DNA of 62,785 nucleotides from an uncultured Bacilli bacterium (GCA_910587535.1 CAJUKM010000002.1:1-62785); one strand, 5' to 3'; numbered from the stretch's first letter, positions 1 to 9,681 are shown. A program made the numbers and translations. The notes: generated by a model from the sequence alone, not told the origin.

Positions 1-309
1 CGAATTACAACTGATGTAAGTGGAACGATTGAAAAAACAACTTTAGTGATTCTTAATATGGAATATCAGTTGGATTCAAATACTATTTATGCCAGCAATT
101 TGAAATCTGATGCAAAATTTTTTGATCATTTTATTCACGTTCGTTATGAAAAAGATGGGAAAAATAATCTTGTGACTGTGAGAAATCGAACTACTCCTTT
201 AATGAAAGAAGTAGTGGTTTTTGAAACAAAAGAAGAAATTAAGAATGCGGACAGATTGGATTTGTTGGTGACGATAAGAGATAAACGCTATGTGTTTCGT
301 TTGAAATAA
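1..309 (+). CDS. hypothetical protein, C-terminal fragment (ORF open to the left window edge)
   Basis: Frame 1 is open from nt 1 (RITTDVSGTIEK...) through track ORF 46..309 to TAA 307-309. A hairpin terminator follows. No family recognised. Confidence 0.5.
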   Translation, partial: RITTDVSGTIEKTTLVILNMEYQLDSNTIYASNLKSDAKFFDHFIHVRYEKDGKNNLVTVRNRTTPLMKEVVVFETKEEIKNADRLDLLVTIRDKRYVFRLK

Positions 310-310
310 G

Positions 311-340
311 AATGAACTAAAAGGTTCATTTTTTTTATTT
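311..340 (+). terminator. rho-independent terminator
   Basis: 7-bp stem aatgaac (311-317) / gttcatt (324-330), 6-nt loop, then a T-run from 331. Confidence 0.6.
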
Positions 341-365
341 TTTGAATAGAATAGAGTATAGAACG

Positions 366-394
366 TTGACAAAGAATAAGGAATCGTGTAAAAT
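366..394 (+). promoter_or_regulatory. sigma-A type promoter for tRNA-Cys
   Basis: TTGACA (366-371), 17-nt spacer, TAAAAT (389-394), with TG at 387-388. It lies about 25 nt upstream of the tRNA. Confidence 0.6.
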
Positions 395-419
395 TTGTTT
401 TATAAAATATTTTTTATTT

Positions 420-493
420 GGGTCTATAGCCAAGTGGTAAGGCGTGGGACTGCAACTCCCTGATCGTTGGTTCAAATCCGACTAGGCCCTCCA
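420..493 (+). tRNA. tRNA-Cys (anticodon GCA)
   Basis: Cloverleaf folded by hand. Acceptor GGGTCTA/TAGGCCC. Anticodon loop CTGCAAC gives GCA. T-arm GTTGG-TTCAAAT-CCGAC. U73 discriminator is typical of tRNA-Cys. CCA is encoded. Confidence 0.9.
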
Positions 494-530
494 GATTGTT
501 AGGAAACTCGAACTTTTCGAGTAGCAATAG

Positions 531-557
531 AAAACGACTTGTCCAAAAGTCGTTTTT
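531..557 (+). terminator. rho-independent terminator after tRNA-Cys
   Basis: 9-bp stem aaacgactt (532-540) / aagtcgttt (547-555), loop gtccaa, T-run follows. Confidence 0.6.
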
Positions 558-649
558 ATGTTATTATGAATATGTCAAGGAAACTTGCATAAAATAAAAA
601 AGGAACATTCAATAATCGCATGTTGAGTGTTGCCCAAATAATTTTGACT

Positions 650-689
650 CCACCTAATTTTTTGCTAGAGTTAGGTGGATTTCTTTTAT
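650..689 (+). terminator. orphan terminator-like hairpin in a non-coding region
   Basis: 8-bp stem ccacctaa (650-657) / ttaggtgg (671-678), 13-nt loop, followed by T-rich atttctttt. No convincing upstream ORF. Confidence 0.3.
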
Positions 690-1007
690 ATTAAAACTAT
701 AAATAGTAAGAATAGTAAAAGGAAGATAATTATTACAAAGATAGAATTAAAAAATCCTTCTTGTTCATATTCTAGCCTCTTAAAACAAGCGGACGTGCTA
801 ATTTTTATAAACTTAAAGTGCTTATTTCAAATTAATATTATGGAGATGAGTTAATAAATGTAAAAGGGCTAAAAGAAATTATAAAAATATATGTGAATAT
901 CTTTCAAAAAATAAAAATGCCGTAAACGCTTATAGATAAAGGTTATAACGACATTTAAAAACTATAAAAAATAGTTAAAAAAATATATAACTTTTTTTCA
1001 TAAAAAA

Positions 1008-1084
1008 TGGCGTCCCCGAGAAGATTTGAACTTCCGACTTTCCGCTTAGGAGGCGGATACTCTATCCTGCTGAGTTACGAGGAC
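1008..1084 (-). tRNA. tRNA-Arg (anticodon CCU)
   Basis: The reverse complement folds as a cloverleaf. Acceptor GTCCTCG/CGGGGAC. Anticodon stem TCCGC/GCGGA with loop CTCCTAA gives CCT. T-loop TTCAAAT. G73 and encoded CCA. 77 nt. Confidence 0.9.
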
Positions 1085-1133
1085 ACTTATACTCATATTA
1101 TATCACGAATCTATTTCTAATTAAAGACTTTAA

Positions 1134-1160
1134 TCCATAAAAAAAGGCGCTTAGGCGTCT
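1134..1160 (-). terminator. rho-independent terminator of the YfhO-like gene
   Basis: Minus-strand hairpin agacgc-ctaa-gcgcct followed by a T-run (A-run 1134-1145 on the plus strand). It overlaps the stop codon at 1159-1161. Confidence 0.55.
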
Positions 1161-3666
1161 AATTTTTAATTTTTTCTACTATAGTTATAATCGAGAAGAG
1201 TAGTATTCCTATAAAGCTCAAAAGTAGTCCTATTTTTTTATAAGGTGCTTCGTATTCTATAGATATGTCGTGCTTGCCTTTCTCGATTTTAAAACCGAGA
1301 AAAGCTTCGTTTACTTTTTCGTAGTCGATGTGTCGATCGTCCAATTTTACTTTGAATCCTTTATCGTATGGAATAGATGAGACAAAGTAACCATCTTCTG
1401 TGACATCTATCGCTCCTGCGATCTTATCGCCTTTAGTCTTCTCTTTGTCGAATTCAAATTCATCTATATCGTTTCTCACATCCTGAATTTCACTGTAATC
1501 TAAGGAATATGCTTTAATGTTTGTGATTTCATATGTTCCTTTTTTAAACTCCAAAGATAGGCTACTTAAGTCTTTCTTGGCGATTACATAATCGAAATCG
1601 TAGTTTTGGTTATGATATTTCCATTCTTTGCAAGTAAGTTTATTTTCCACTCCTTCGATCGTTATACCTGTATCTCCTTTTTTACAAGGTGCACTTTCTT
1701 CGACTCTAAATCTGATAAATATGATTTTATCTTTAAGCTCTTCTGGTAAGGGTATTTTTCCTGTAGCTTCTTTTCCAGCTTCTAAAATGTAATGTCCATT
1801 TTCTTCTTTTAAAGTGGCATTTTTGACTTTTAATTTTGATAGATCTATTTCTAATTCTTCTATGTTAGATTGGAAATCAGTATCGGTCTTTCCCTCTATA
1901 ATAACATTCTTTAAAAGAGCAATCGCTTTTTTAGGATAATCCATTTTAGAAAATTCATCGATACCGATGGTATTTTTGATAGCATAGGCGATAGGCAGAG
2001 CACCTTCTGTCTTATAGATCTTATTAGAACCGATCTTTTCTATAAGTTCATATCCTAAATAGTCATTTTTCTTAGTAATTACGTATTTATTTCCTGAATA
2101 TAAGAGGAATAAAATGTTCGAAGTTGGTGATGTTATAACGCGGTTTCGATTTTGGATAGGATTGTTAATCGTATCGTAGTAAAATCTATTATAATCTAAA
2201 TTATAAGTTGAAGAATAAAGAGTAGAAGAGTAGTAGTCGATATTACCATAGATGTTATTGACGTCTCTAAGTATAGTTCTTTCGTTCGATATCCTATATA
2301 TATCCTTGTCTTTTTCGGTAATCCATTTTATTGCTTCTCTTTGAGCATCATCGTTTTTAATCTTATTCTTATAGTTTACTAAAGGGTCATTATAAGAGAC
2401 GACGAGAGAGATTACAAAAGGGATTAAAAGGGTCGGGATAAAAATTAAACTTTTTTTGGAAAACTTTTTATATAGTAAGAAGAAAAACGTGACTATAGTT
2501 ATATCTATTAAGTATAAGTAAACATGATCGCCATTGTATATGACAAATAAAGTAAATATTACTACTGCGACCAAGAGTGGTCTGAAGTCAAGTTCATTTT
2601 CTATTAAATCTTCTAATAAATAACCGATCGTTATGAGGGCTAGAGGTATCATAGGGATTAAAATCTTTCCGTCGATATACATCGTCGCATTCAATAAATA
2701 GTTGATAAACGGAAAAAGAATGAAGAGAAGTAATGTCATTCCTAGAATTCTTTTTTCTCTTTTTTTGAAAAGTAAGTTTAGTATGGCCAAAATGAGTATG
2801 GCTGTTAAGCCCATCCCATAAGATTCGTACAATACATATTTTATATTTGCACCTGGAATTAGTAAATCTTTTAATGTAATAGTATTAAACGTTTTTCCTC
2901 TACTAGAGAATATGACACTGAAAGTAGGGAGGATGATTATCATGGACATCAATATCCCTATTATAATAGAGAATGCAAATTTTGAACCAGTTTTTATAAA
3001 ATTTTTTAATGTGATCTCAGGAGTAATTTCTATATATTTGTATATTCCATAGATAGTTAAACATATTATTCCACTTATACTATAATAATAACTAGTCATC
3101 ACCATTAAGAATACCGAAATAGAAAGAAGCCATCCTTTATCGTTTACCAATTTTTTATCCACCCCGAATAATCCGAGCATTAAGAATGGCATATAATAGA
3201 CGAACATCAAATGTCTATGAGAGTGGAGGGTAAGAGAAGTCGAAAAAAGAAGTATAAAACTTAAAATGAAACTTATCGTATGACTCTTTTTATTGTTCTG
3301 TCTATTCCAAAAGTAAAATATGATCGAAGAAGATATCACTACTAATATAGAAGCAAGTGATAGATAGGTGGCCATATTTAAGAATGGAAATAGATAAGAT
3401 AACATTATGATAGGACTTAAAAGACCATAATATGAAAAGTTATATATGTTTTGACCGTTACCTAAATTAAAGGCAAAATCTGGAAATAGATCGAACGTCT
3501 TATAAAATAATGCTCTAAAATAATCTGGTATAATCGAGTGCTGGCTTTCCCAATCTAGGGTAGAACCGTATGCATATTTAAATCTAGTTATGATGAAGAA
3601 AAAAAGCAGGAAAGATGCGCTTAGCAAAAGACAATTTATAATGTCTTTTTTATCAATTTTCTTCAT
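1159..3666 (-). CDS. YfhO-family polytopic membrane protein (putative glycosyltransferase for wall/teichoic-acid glycosylation)
   Basis: 835 aa. More than 10 predicted TM segments in the N-terminal ~430 aa, then a large soluble C-terminal domain. The N-terminus (...YGSTLDWESQHSIIPDYF...) resembles YfhO-family proteins. Confidence 0.7.
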   Translation of the reverse strand: MKKIDKKDIINCLLLSASFLLFFFIITRFKYAYGSTLDWESQHSIIPDYFRALFYKTFDLFPDFAFNLGNGQNIYNFSYYGLLSPIIMLSYLFPFLNMATYLSLASILVVISSSIIFYFWNRQNNKKSHTISFILSFILLFSTSLTLHSHRHLMFVYYMPFLMLGLFGVDKKLVNDKGWLLSISVFLMVMTSYYYSISGIICLTIYGIYKYIEITPEITLKNFIKTGSKFAFSIIIGILMSMIIILPTFSVIFSSRGKTFNTITLKDLLIPGANIKYVLYESYGMGLTAILILAILNLLFKKREKRILGMTLLLFILFPFINYLLNATMYIDGKILIPMIPLALITIGYLLEDLIENELDFRPLLVAVVIFTLFVIYNGDHVYLYLIDITIVTFFFLLYKKFSKKSLIFIPTLLIPFVISLVVSYNDPLVNYKNKIKNDDAQREAIKWITEKDKDIYRISNERTILRDVNNIYGNIDYYSSTLYSSTYNLDYNRFYYDTINNPIQNRNRVITSPTSNILFLLYSGNKYVITKKNDYLGYELIEKIGSNKIYKTEGALPIAYAIKNTIGIDEFSKMDYPKKAIALLKNVIIEGKTDTDFQSNIEELEIDLSKLKVKNATLKEENGHYILEAGKEATGKIPLPEELKDKIIFIRFRVEESAPCKKGDTGITIEGVENKLTCKEWKYHNQNYDFDYVIAKKDLSSLSLEFKKGTYEITNIKAYSLDYSEIQDVRNDIDEFEFDKEKTKGDKIAGAIDVTEDGYFVSSIPYDKGFKVKLDDRHIDYEKVNEAFLGFKIEKGKHDISIEYEAPYKKIGLLLSFIGILLFSIITIVEKIKN

Positions 3667-4360
3667 CCATCATCGCCTGCCATTCATCATAAGTCTTATA
3701 ATCTTCATGTGGAAACATCTGTGGGAACATATCAAATATAAAGTCTTGAGACTCATACATTTTTAAAATCTCGATCTTTTTTTCTAAAATATCTTCATCA
3801 ATTCTAGGAGGTTTAGTAGCTAGCTCTTCCATCTTATTTTTAGAATAATATTTTCCAAAATATATTAAGTTCTCTTTATCAACTACATCTGTCACTATTT
3901 TGTTGGTCATTACGTGATGAATGTGTCCATATTCTCCGTCTGGATTGTGAGTAACTATTTCGTCCCAATCTTTCAATTTATATATGTTTTCGATATCTTT
4001 AGTAATGTCGTCATAATATTCTTTCCAATCAGATCTCTTTCCGGCCACTTTATCAGGATAATCTAGCATTATGTATTTATCGCCCGTTTTTTCCATGACA
4101 CTTTGAAATTCTTTAACTCTTTTAGGAACTTTACCACACGTCATACACACTACGACATAGTCGTCTTCTATTAACCTAGATCCTCCCCAAAGTATTTCAT
4201 CATCTGGATGAGCTACTATCATGAGTTTTTCATTTCCATCGAGTTTCATTTTTTTATAATCTGTTTTGACAGAGTCTTTTTTTATTAAGAAAAAGACTGA
4301 AGCCAATATTACTATTAAAATCGATATGATTATAATAGTGAACACTACCTTTTTTTTCAT
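3653..4360 (-). CDS. PIG-L/LmbE-family N-acetylglucosaminyl deacetylase, membrane-anchored
   Basis: Signature MIVAHPDDEILWGG and HNPDGEYGHIHH. N-terminal TM helix. Strong RBS (aaggagga). Overlaps the downstream YfhO gene by 14 nt. Confidence 0.8.
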   Translation of the reverse strand: MKKKVVFTIIIISILIVILASVFFLIKKDSVKTDYKKMKLDGNEKLMIVAHPDDEILWGGSRLIEDDYVVVCMTCGKVPKRVKEFQSVMEKTGDKYIMLDYPDKVAGKRSDWKEYYDDITKDIENIYKLKDWDEIVTHNPDGEYGHIHHVMTNKIVTDVVDKENLIYFGKYYSKNKMEELATKPPRIDEDILEKKIEILKMYESQDFIFDMFPQMFPHEDYKTYDEWQAMMDEEN

Positions 4361-4477
4361 TACTTCCTCCTTGGTATTTACGTTTTTATACTACTCCTAT
4401 TAGGTTTTTTTGTCAATAATCGTGAATTTTAAACATATAAAAGCAAGATATATATAGAAAAAGGGGCTAATGTCGTC

Positions 4478-4506
4478 TTGCCATGTTCTTTTTCTTGTGT
4501 TAAAAT
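4478..4506 (+). promoter_or_regulatory. sigma-A type promoter for the P-type ATPase
   Basis: TTGCCA (4478-4483), 17-nt spacer ending TGT, TAAAAT (4501-4506). Confidence 0.5.
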
Positions 4507-4540
4507 CGTGACATAAGATAAGTTGGAAAGTGTGATATCG

Positions 4541-7159
4541 ATGAATTCAAAATACTGCGAAAAGGACATCAAAAAAATATATAAAGAGTTGGAAACATCT
4601 ATCGAAGGATTGAGCAGTGGCGAAGCAAAGAATAGATTAGATAAGCATGGTCTTAATGTATTGCCTAAAAAACGAAAAAAGAATATATTATCGATTTTTT
4701 TTAGTGAGTTTAAAGACCCGATAGTTTTACTTTTAATTTTTTCTATAGTTTTTTCTTTTTTAGCAGGAGAAAATGTCGATGCATATGCGATCATCTTTAT
4801 AGTTCTAGTTGATGTACTGATGGGAACTTATCAAGAGAATAAGGCTAATGTAACTGCAGAATCACTATCTAAAATGGTCAAGGAAAAAGTATTAGTCATG
4901 AGAGATGGTAAGATGGAAGAAATAGATTCGGCATATTTAACTATCGGAGATATCGTTTTATTAGAAAGTGGCGATAAGATACTTGCCGATATGAGAATAA
5001 TTAGCAGTCAAAATGCGTTAGTAGACGAGTCGATTCTTACAGGAGAGAGTATTCAGGTAGCAAAAGAAGAAGGAGCTATTTCATTAAAAAAAGCTACTCT
5101 TAGTGAAATGAAAAATATGCTTTTTGCAGGAACTTCACTAGTAAAGGGAAGAGTAACAGCAGTCGTATGTCAAATAGGATTAGATACAGAACTTGGAAAT
5201 ATTGCTAAGAGTATCGACGAAGCAGTAGAGGAAAAGTCTCCGCTTACGATAAGGATAGAAAAGTTTTCACGTCAGATTACGATGTTAATCGTCTTTATAG
5301 CTATAATAGTAACGATAATATTACTAGTCAAAGATGTTCCGCATACAGAGATATTTTTATCGGTAATCGCTTTGTCGGTTTCGGCAATGCCAGAAGGATT
5401 ACCTCTAGCACTTACGATGGCTCTTTCGATTGCCTCTAACAAAATGGCTAAAAAAAGTGTCATAACTCGAAAATTACATTCCGTCGAAAGTTTAGGAAGT
5501 TGTACTGTTATTGCTAGTGATAAAACCGGAACATTGACTGTCAATGAACAGATGGCAAAACGCATAGTTCTGCCTGATTATTCGTCTTATGAAATAAGTG
5601 GAACAGGTTACTCTTTAGAGGGAGAAATAATAGGAAAAAATTTAAAAGCTGCTAAAGAAATAGCGCTTTTGGGTATGTTAAATAATGAAGCTCTTTTTAC
5701 CGATAAGGGACCGACCGGAGATTCGATAGACATAGCATTCTTAGTTTTAGGAAAAAAAGCAAATGTCAAAACGAATAAAACTAAAGTATTAAGTATGATA
5801 CCTTATGAATCAGAAAATAAATTTTCGGCAGTATTTTTCGAAACGAACGGAGAGGTTTATTGTACAGTAAAAGGATCCTTGGAAGTAGTAAAGAAGTTTT
5901 CGAAGATATCAAAGAAATTAGATGTTGATTTAGATAGACAAAACGAAGAACTGGCGTCATCTGGTTTTAGAGTCATCTCTTTAGCGAGCGGCAAAGTAAA
6001 AAGAAAAAAGAATTATTCTATCGAGGATATCAAGAATCTTTCTTTTAAAGGTATGGTAGGTTTCATAGATCCGATCAGAGAAGAAGCTATCGAATCTATA
6101 AACGAGTGCAAAAAAGCTGGAATCAAGGTTTTGATGATCACTGGTGATCATCCTAGTACAGCATTCGCTATAGCAAAAGAATTAAAGTTAACTAACAATT
6201 ACAAAGATGTGACGACTGGTGAAGAGGTCGAAAAGTATTTAAAAAGTGGAGAAGATGCTTTCGACATGTTCGTATCTAAAAAAAGAATATTTTCTAGAGT
6301 TACTCCACTCCAAAAACTCGAGATAGTCGAATCTTTGAAAAGACAAGGTGAGTTTGTTGCGGTAACTGGAGATGGAGTCAACGACGCACCTGCTTTAAAG
6401 AGGGCAAATATAGGAATAGCTATGGGAAGTGGAACAGATATCGCAAAGGAAACTGCAAATATGATAGTTTTAAACGACGATTTTACCTCTATAGTGAGCG
6501 GAATAAAAGAAGGAAGAATAGCTTATGCGAATATCAGAAAGATAATATTGTTTTTGATATCTTGCGGTCTAGCGGAAGTATTGTTTTTCTGCCTTTCTAT
6601 AATTGCAGATTTGCCTATGCCACTAGTAGCGGTTCAACTTTTATGGTTAAACGTAGTAACTGATGGACTACAAGATTTTGCTCTTTCTTTTGAAAAAGGA
6701 GAAAAAACTTTAATGGATGAACCTCCAAGAAGTCCAAAAAGTCCTCTTTTTGATGGTTCTTTAATTGGTGAAATAGCTGTTTCTGGAATAGTTATAGGTA
6801 CGATAGTTTTTGGAGTATGGTGGATTTTATTGAATGAGTTCAAAATGGACACAAGTATTGCTCGCGGTTATATCATGGCTTTGATGGTGTTCATCCAAAA
6901 TATTCATGTATTCAACTGCCGTAGTGAAAAATCTAGCGCCTTCAGTGTATCTCTATTTTCCAATCCATTGATATTGTTAGCCATATTCGGTTCTATCGGT
7001 TTACAAATACTCGTGATGGAAAATTCTAAGCTATCTCTATTTCTACAGACTAGTTCAATTCCATTTATGCACCTAATATATTTGGTTCTTATCGCGGGTC
7101 TAATTTTTGTAATTATGGAATTTTATAAATTTCTCGCGAGAAAGGGTAAGAGAAATTAA
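4541..7159 (+). CDS. cation-transporting P-type ATPase (Ca2+-ATPase-like, P2 type)
   Basis: Motifs: TGES, phosphorylation site SDKTGTLT, hinge TGDGVNDAPALKRANIGIAMG. About 10 TM segments. ATG 4541 (MNSKY...) is preferred over the track TTG at 4523. Confidence 0.9.
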   Translation: MNSKYCEKDIKKIYKELETSIEGLSSGEAKNRLDKHGLNVLPKKRKKNILSIFFSEFKDPIVLLLIFSIVFSFLAGENVDAYAIIFIVLVDVLMGTYQENKANVTAESLSKMVKEKVLVMRDGKMEEIDSAYLTIGDIVLLESGDKILADMRIISSQNALVDESILTGESIQVAKEEGAISLKKATLSEMKNMLFAGTSLVKGRVTAVVCQIGLDTELGNIAKSIDEAVEEKSPLTIRIEKFSRQITMLIVFIAIIVTIILLVKDVPHTEIFLSVIALSVSAMPEGLPLALTMALSIASNKMAKKSVITRKLHSVESLGSCTVIASDKTGTLTVNEQMAKRIVLPDYSSYEISGTGYSLEGEIIGKNLKAAKEIALLGMLNNEALFTDKGPTGDSIDIAFLVLGKKANVKTNKTKVLSMIPYESENKFSAVFFETNGEVYCTVKGSLEVVKKFSKISKKLDVDLDRQNEELASSGFRVISLASGKVKRKKNYSIEDIKNLSFKGMVGFIDPIREEAIESINECKKAGIKVLMITGDHPSTAFAIAKELKLTNNYKDVTTGEEVEKYLKSGEDAFDMFVSKKRIFSRVTPLQKLEIVESLKRQGEFVAVTGDGVNDAPALKRANIGIAMGSGTDIAKETANMIVLNDDFTSIVSGIKEGRIAYANIRKIILFLISCGLAEVLFFCLSIIADLPMPLVAVQLLWLNVVTDGLQDFALSFEKGEKTLMDEPPRSPKSPLFDGSLIGEIAVSGIVIGTIVFGVWWILLNEFKMDTSIARGYIMALMVFIQNIHVFNCRSEKSSAFSVSLFSNPLILLAIFGSIGLQILVMENSKLSLFLQTSSIPFMHLIYLVLIAGLIFVIMEFYKFLARKGKRN

Positions 7160-7219
7160 AAAAGGGTTCAATTCTCAAGTCTTCTATGTTATAATTAATT
7201 AGGATAAAAAAGGAGTGTA

Positions 7220-8893
7220 ATGGTAATGGTGACATCGGATAATAATAAAACATCAGATTCTTCAAACTCTTTTTTAAAATACTTAAATGGATTTATTATG
7301 GCAATAGTGCATTTTGTAATGTATATTTGCCTAGGAGCTTACTATTGTTTCAATTATTTAATAGCAAAACCTTTTGAGACTATAATGAGTCTCGTCGTCG
7401 ATGGATATTATGCTCTTTTTAAGCCGAGAATTAATAGAAAAGATAAGGCCTTAAAAATCGAGATGAATTACGATGAGAAGGGCGAAAGGATAGATGAAAC
7501 TCGAGATAAAAAAGACATCTATTCTAAGATGAAAGCCAACCAAAAAATAATAAAAGAACAAAAGAAAAAAACGGGAAAAGAGATCGACGCTAAGACCAAA
7601 GAGAGATTAGATTTAGAGAGAGATTCTCTTTTAAAGATGATCAACGATGGACAAGAGAAGCGCTTTGAGAAGCCTCAAACTTTCAGATACAAAGCGATGA
7701 CTCCTGATGGAAAAATTGAGAAAAGTACGTTTATTGGTGTATCAAAACTGGACATTTATACGTTTTTAACTGGTGAAGGTTATAAAGTTTTCTCTATAGA
7801 GACATCCGATTGGATAAACTTTGTATATGGTCAATCGTTGACATTATATAAAAAACTTTCGACAAAAGATTTGATATTCTTCATAACACAACTTTCTACT
7901 TATATAAAATCTGGTATAACTCTAACAGAGGCGATGAGAATTTTATCTAAACAGTTGAAAAAGAACAAAAATCAATCCAGAATAACTCAGTCTATAGTTT
8001 ATTATCTTACGATGGGAGAATCGTTTTCAACGGCTCTTTCTAATCAAACAGGTGCTTTCCCTCCACTCGTTATCAACATGATTAAAGCTGCTGAAGCTGC
8101 CGGAAACTTGGATGAAACACTAGACGATTTGGGTCACTATTATGAAGAAATAGATGCTACAAAAAAGCAAATGATAAGCGCTATTTCTTATCCAGCTCTC
8201 GTCGGAATATTTTCGATAGTAATAATATTTTTTATAATGATAAAGATAGTCCCTCAGTTCGTCGGGATCTATGAGTCTGCCGGAGCGGAATTAAATCCCT
8301 TGACACTTTTGGTAATAAATACGAGTGGATTTCTACAGAAAAACGTCGGTTTAGTAATACTTTTAATCGGACTTGCCATCGCTGCTCTTGCCATGGCTTA
8401 TAAGAATGTCAAAGAGTTTAGAAGACAAGTGCAAATAATCACCATGAAGATTCCAGTAGTAGGAAAAATTATAATCTATAACGAACTTACGATATTCACG
8501 AAGACGTTCGCATCACTTTTAAAAAATGACGTCTTCATAACGGACTGTATCGAGATATTAAGTAAAATAACAAAAAATGAAATATATAAAGAAATAATGA
8601 TCAATACCATTTCGAATATAGCTCGAGGAGAAAAGATCAGTGAATCTTTTAAAGATCAATGGGCTATACCAGATATCGCTTATTATATGATCGTAACTGG
8701 TGAGAATACTGGTCAATTAGCATCGATGATGGCAAAGGTAAGTGCTTATTATCAAGAGCAGCACAAGACCATCATTAATTCTTTGAAAGCCATGATAGAA
8801 CCACTTTTGATCATGTTTTTAGCCGTTGTCGTCGGTGGTGTGTTGATAGCAGTTATTATACCGATGTTCAATCTATATAATACGATTGCTTGA
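7220..8893 (+). CDS. pilC: type II secretion/type IV pilus platform protein (GspF/PilC/ComGB family) with a ~150-aa N-terminal extension
   Basis: Two GspF-type repeats (...LSTYIKSGITLTEAMRIL... and ...FASLLKNDVFITDCIEIL...). The canonical PilC N-terminus FRYKAMTPDGKIEKSTF starts only at about residue 155. RBS aggag lies upstream of ATG 7220. Confidence 0.85.
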   Translation: MVMVTSDNNKTSDSSNSFLKYLNGFIMAIVHFVMYICLGAYYCFNYLIAKPFETIMSLVVDGYYALFKPRINRKDKALKIEMNYDEKGERIDETRDKKDIYSKMKANQKIIKEQKKKTGKEIDAKTKERLDLERDSLLKMINDGQEKRFEKPQTFRYKAMTPDGKIEKSTFIGVSKLDIYTFLTGEGYKVFSIETSDWINFVYGQSLTLYKKLSTKDLIFFITQLSTYIKSGITLTEAMRILSKQLKKNKNQSRITQSIVYYLTMGESFSTALSNQTGAFPPLVINMIKAAEAAGNLDETLDDLGHYYEEIDATKKQMISAISYPALVGIFSIVIIFFIMIKIVPQFVGIYESAGAELNPLTLLVINTSGFLQKNVGLVILLIGLAIAALAMAYKNVKEFRRQVQIITMKIPVVGKIIIYNELTIFTKTFASLLKNDVFITDCIEILSKITKNEIYKEIMINTISNIARGEKISESFKDQWAIPDIAYYMIVTGENTGQLASMMAKVSAYYQEQHKTIINSLKAMIEPLLIMFLAVVVGGVLIAVIIPMFNLYNTIA

Positions 8894-8905
8894 GGAGTGG
8901 GAGAA

Positions 8906-9664
8906 ATGACTTATCTACTTATATTTGCAACAGGAGCGATATTTGCATCTTTCATCCACGTCTATGTCACGAGAACTTTAAAAAACGAATCTATCGTGAG
9001 TCCAGGGAGTCACTGTACTAATTGTAATCACTTTCTCAAATGGTACGAATTGATTCCTATATTATCGTATATAATACAGGGTGGAAGATGCAGAAAGTGT
9101 TCAGCAAAAATAGGAATAGATTCTTTAGTGATAGAGATAATTACAGGTTCAATGTTTTTACTCATATATTATGTATATGGAATAAGTTATCAAACTCTAA
9201 TCGGATTTACTATAGTTCTTACGACTGTCTCTATTTTTTTAAGCGATTTTAAAGAGATGGTAATATTAGATAGTACTCTAGTCGTTGGAACCTTCGTCTA
9301 TTATCTACTCATATATCTAGACTTGGGAGTACGTAAGGGACTATATAGAAGTTTTTTATACGGAATCTTTGCTTTCGTCTTGATGTTCGTAGTTAAAATA
9401 TTAGGAGATGCAATATTTAAAAGGGAGTCTCTGGGTGGAGGAGATATAAAATTTGCTTTTTTAATGGGATCTATACTTCCTTATAATCTATTTTTGATCT
9501 CCCTTGTCATAGGTTCTTTTGCTGCTTTTCCTTATGCCCTATACATATCGGTGACTAAGAAAACTAACGAACTTGCATTTGGACCATTTCTGGCAATAGG
9601 GTTGTATATAACGTTTTTGTTTAGAAGTCAAATTTTGAATTTTCTCGAATTATTAATCAGTTAA
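8906..9664 (+). CDS. pilD: prepilin peptidase (A24 family, PilD/ComC)
   Basis: Zn-finger-like CTNC...CRKC N-terminal region. GGGDIKF aspartyl-protease motif. Polytopic. RBS gaggag 8 nt before ATG 8906 (the track starts at GTG 8897). Confidence 0.9.
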   Translation: MTYLLIFATGAIFASFIHVYVTRTLKNESIVSPGSHCTNCNHFLKWYELIPILSYIIQGGRCRKCSAKIGIDSLVIEIITGSMFLLIYYVYGISYQTLIGFTIVLTTVSIFLSDFKEMVILDSTLVVGTFVYYLLIYLDLGVRKGLYRSFLYGIFAFVLMFVVKILGDAIFKRESLGGGDIKFAFLMGSILPYNLFLISLVIGSFAAFPYALYISVTKKTNELAFGPFLAIGLYITFLFRSQILNFLELLIS

Positions 9665-9681
9665 CGAAAGAGGACTAAATT

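Noticed and set aside
4345-4358. Homopolymer tracts near 5' ends of genes (T8 at about 4350, A8 at 9688-9695, A8 at about 19775) as phase-variation switches
   Set aside because: Tracts of 7-8 A/T are expected at this base composition and mostly encode Lys runs in signal or anchor regions. Only the A7 at 26160-26166 has a demonstrable frame consequence, and that one is reported separately.
4429-4794. 121-aa minus-strand ORF overlapping the P-type ATPase start. The same applies to other internal or antisense track ORFs, e.g. 5272-5565, 9040-9252, 16245-16538, 23183-23695, 25940-26290, 35382-35813, 40516-40833, 42725-43030, 51660-51968 and 61224-61406.
   Set aside because: All are nested in or antisense to longer ORFs with clear family signatures. 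They have low-complexity or hydrophobic shadow-frame composition and no RBS.
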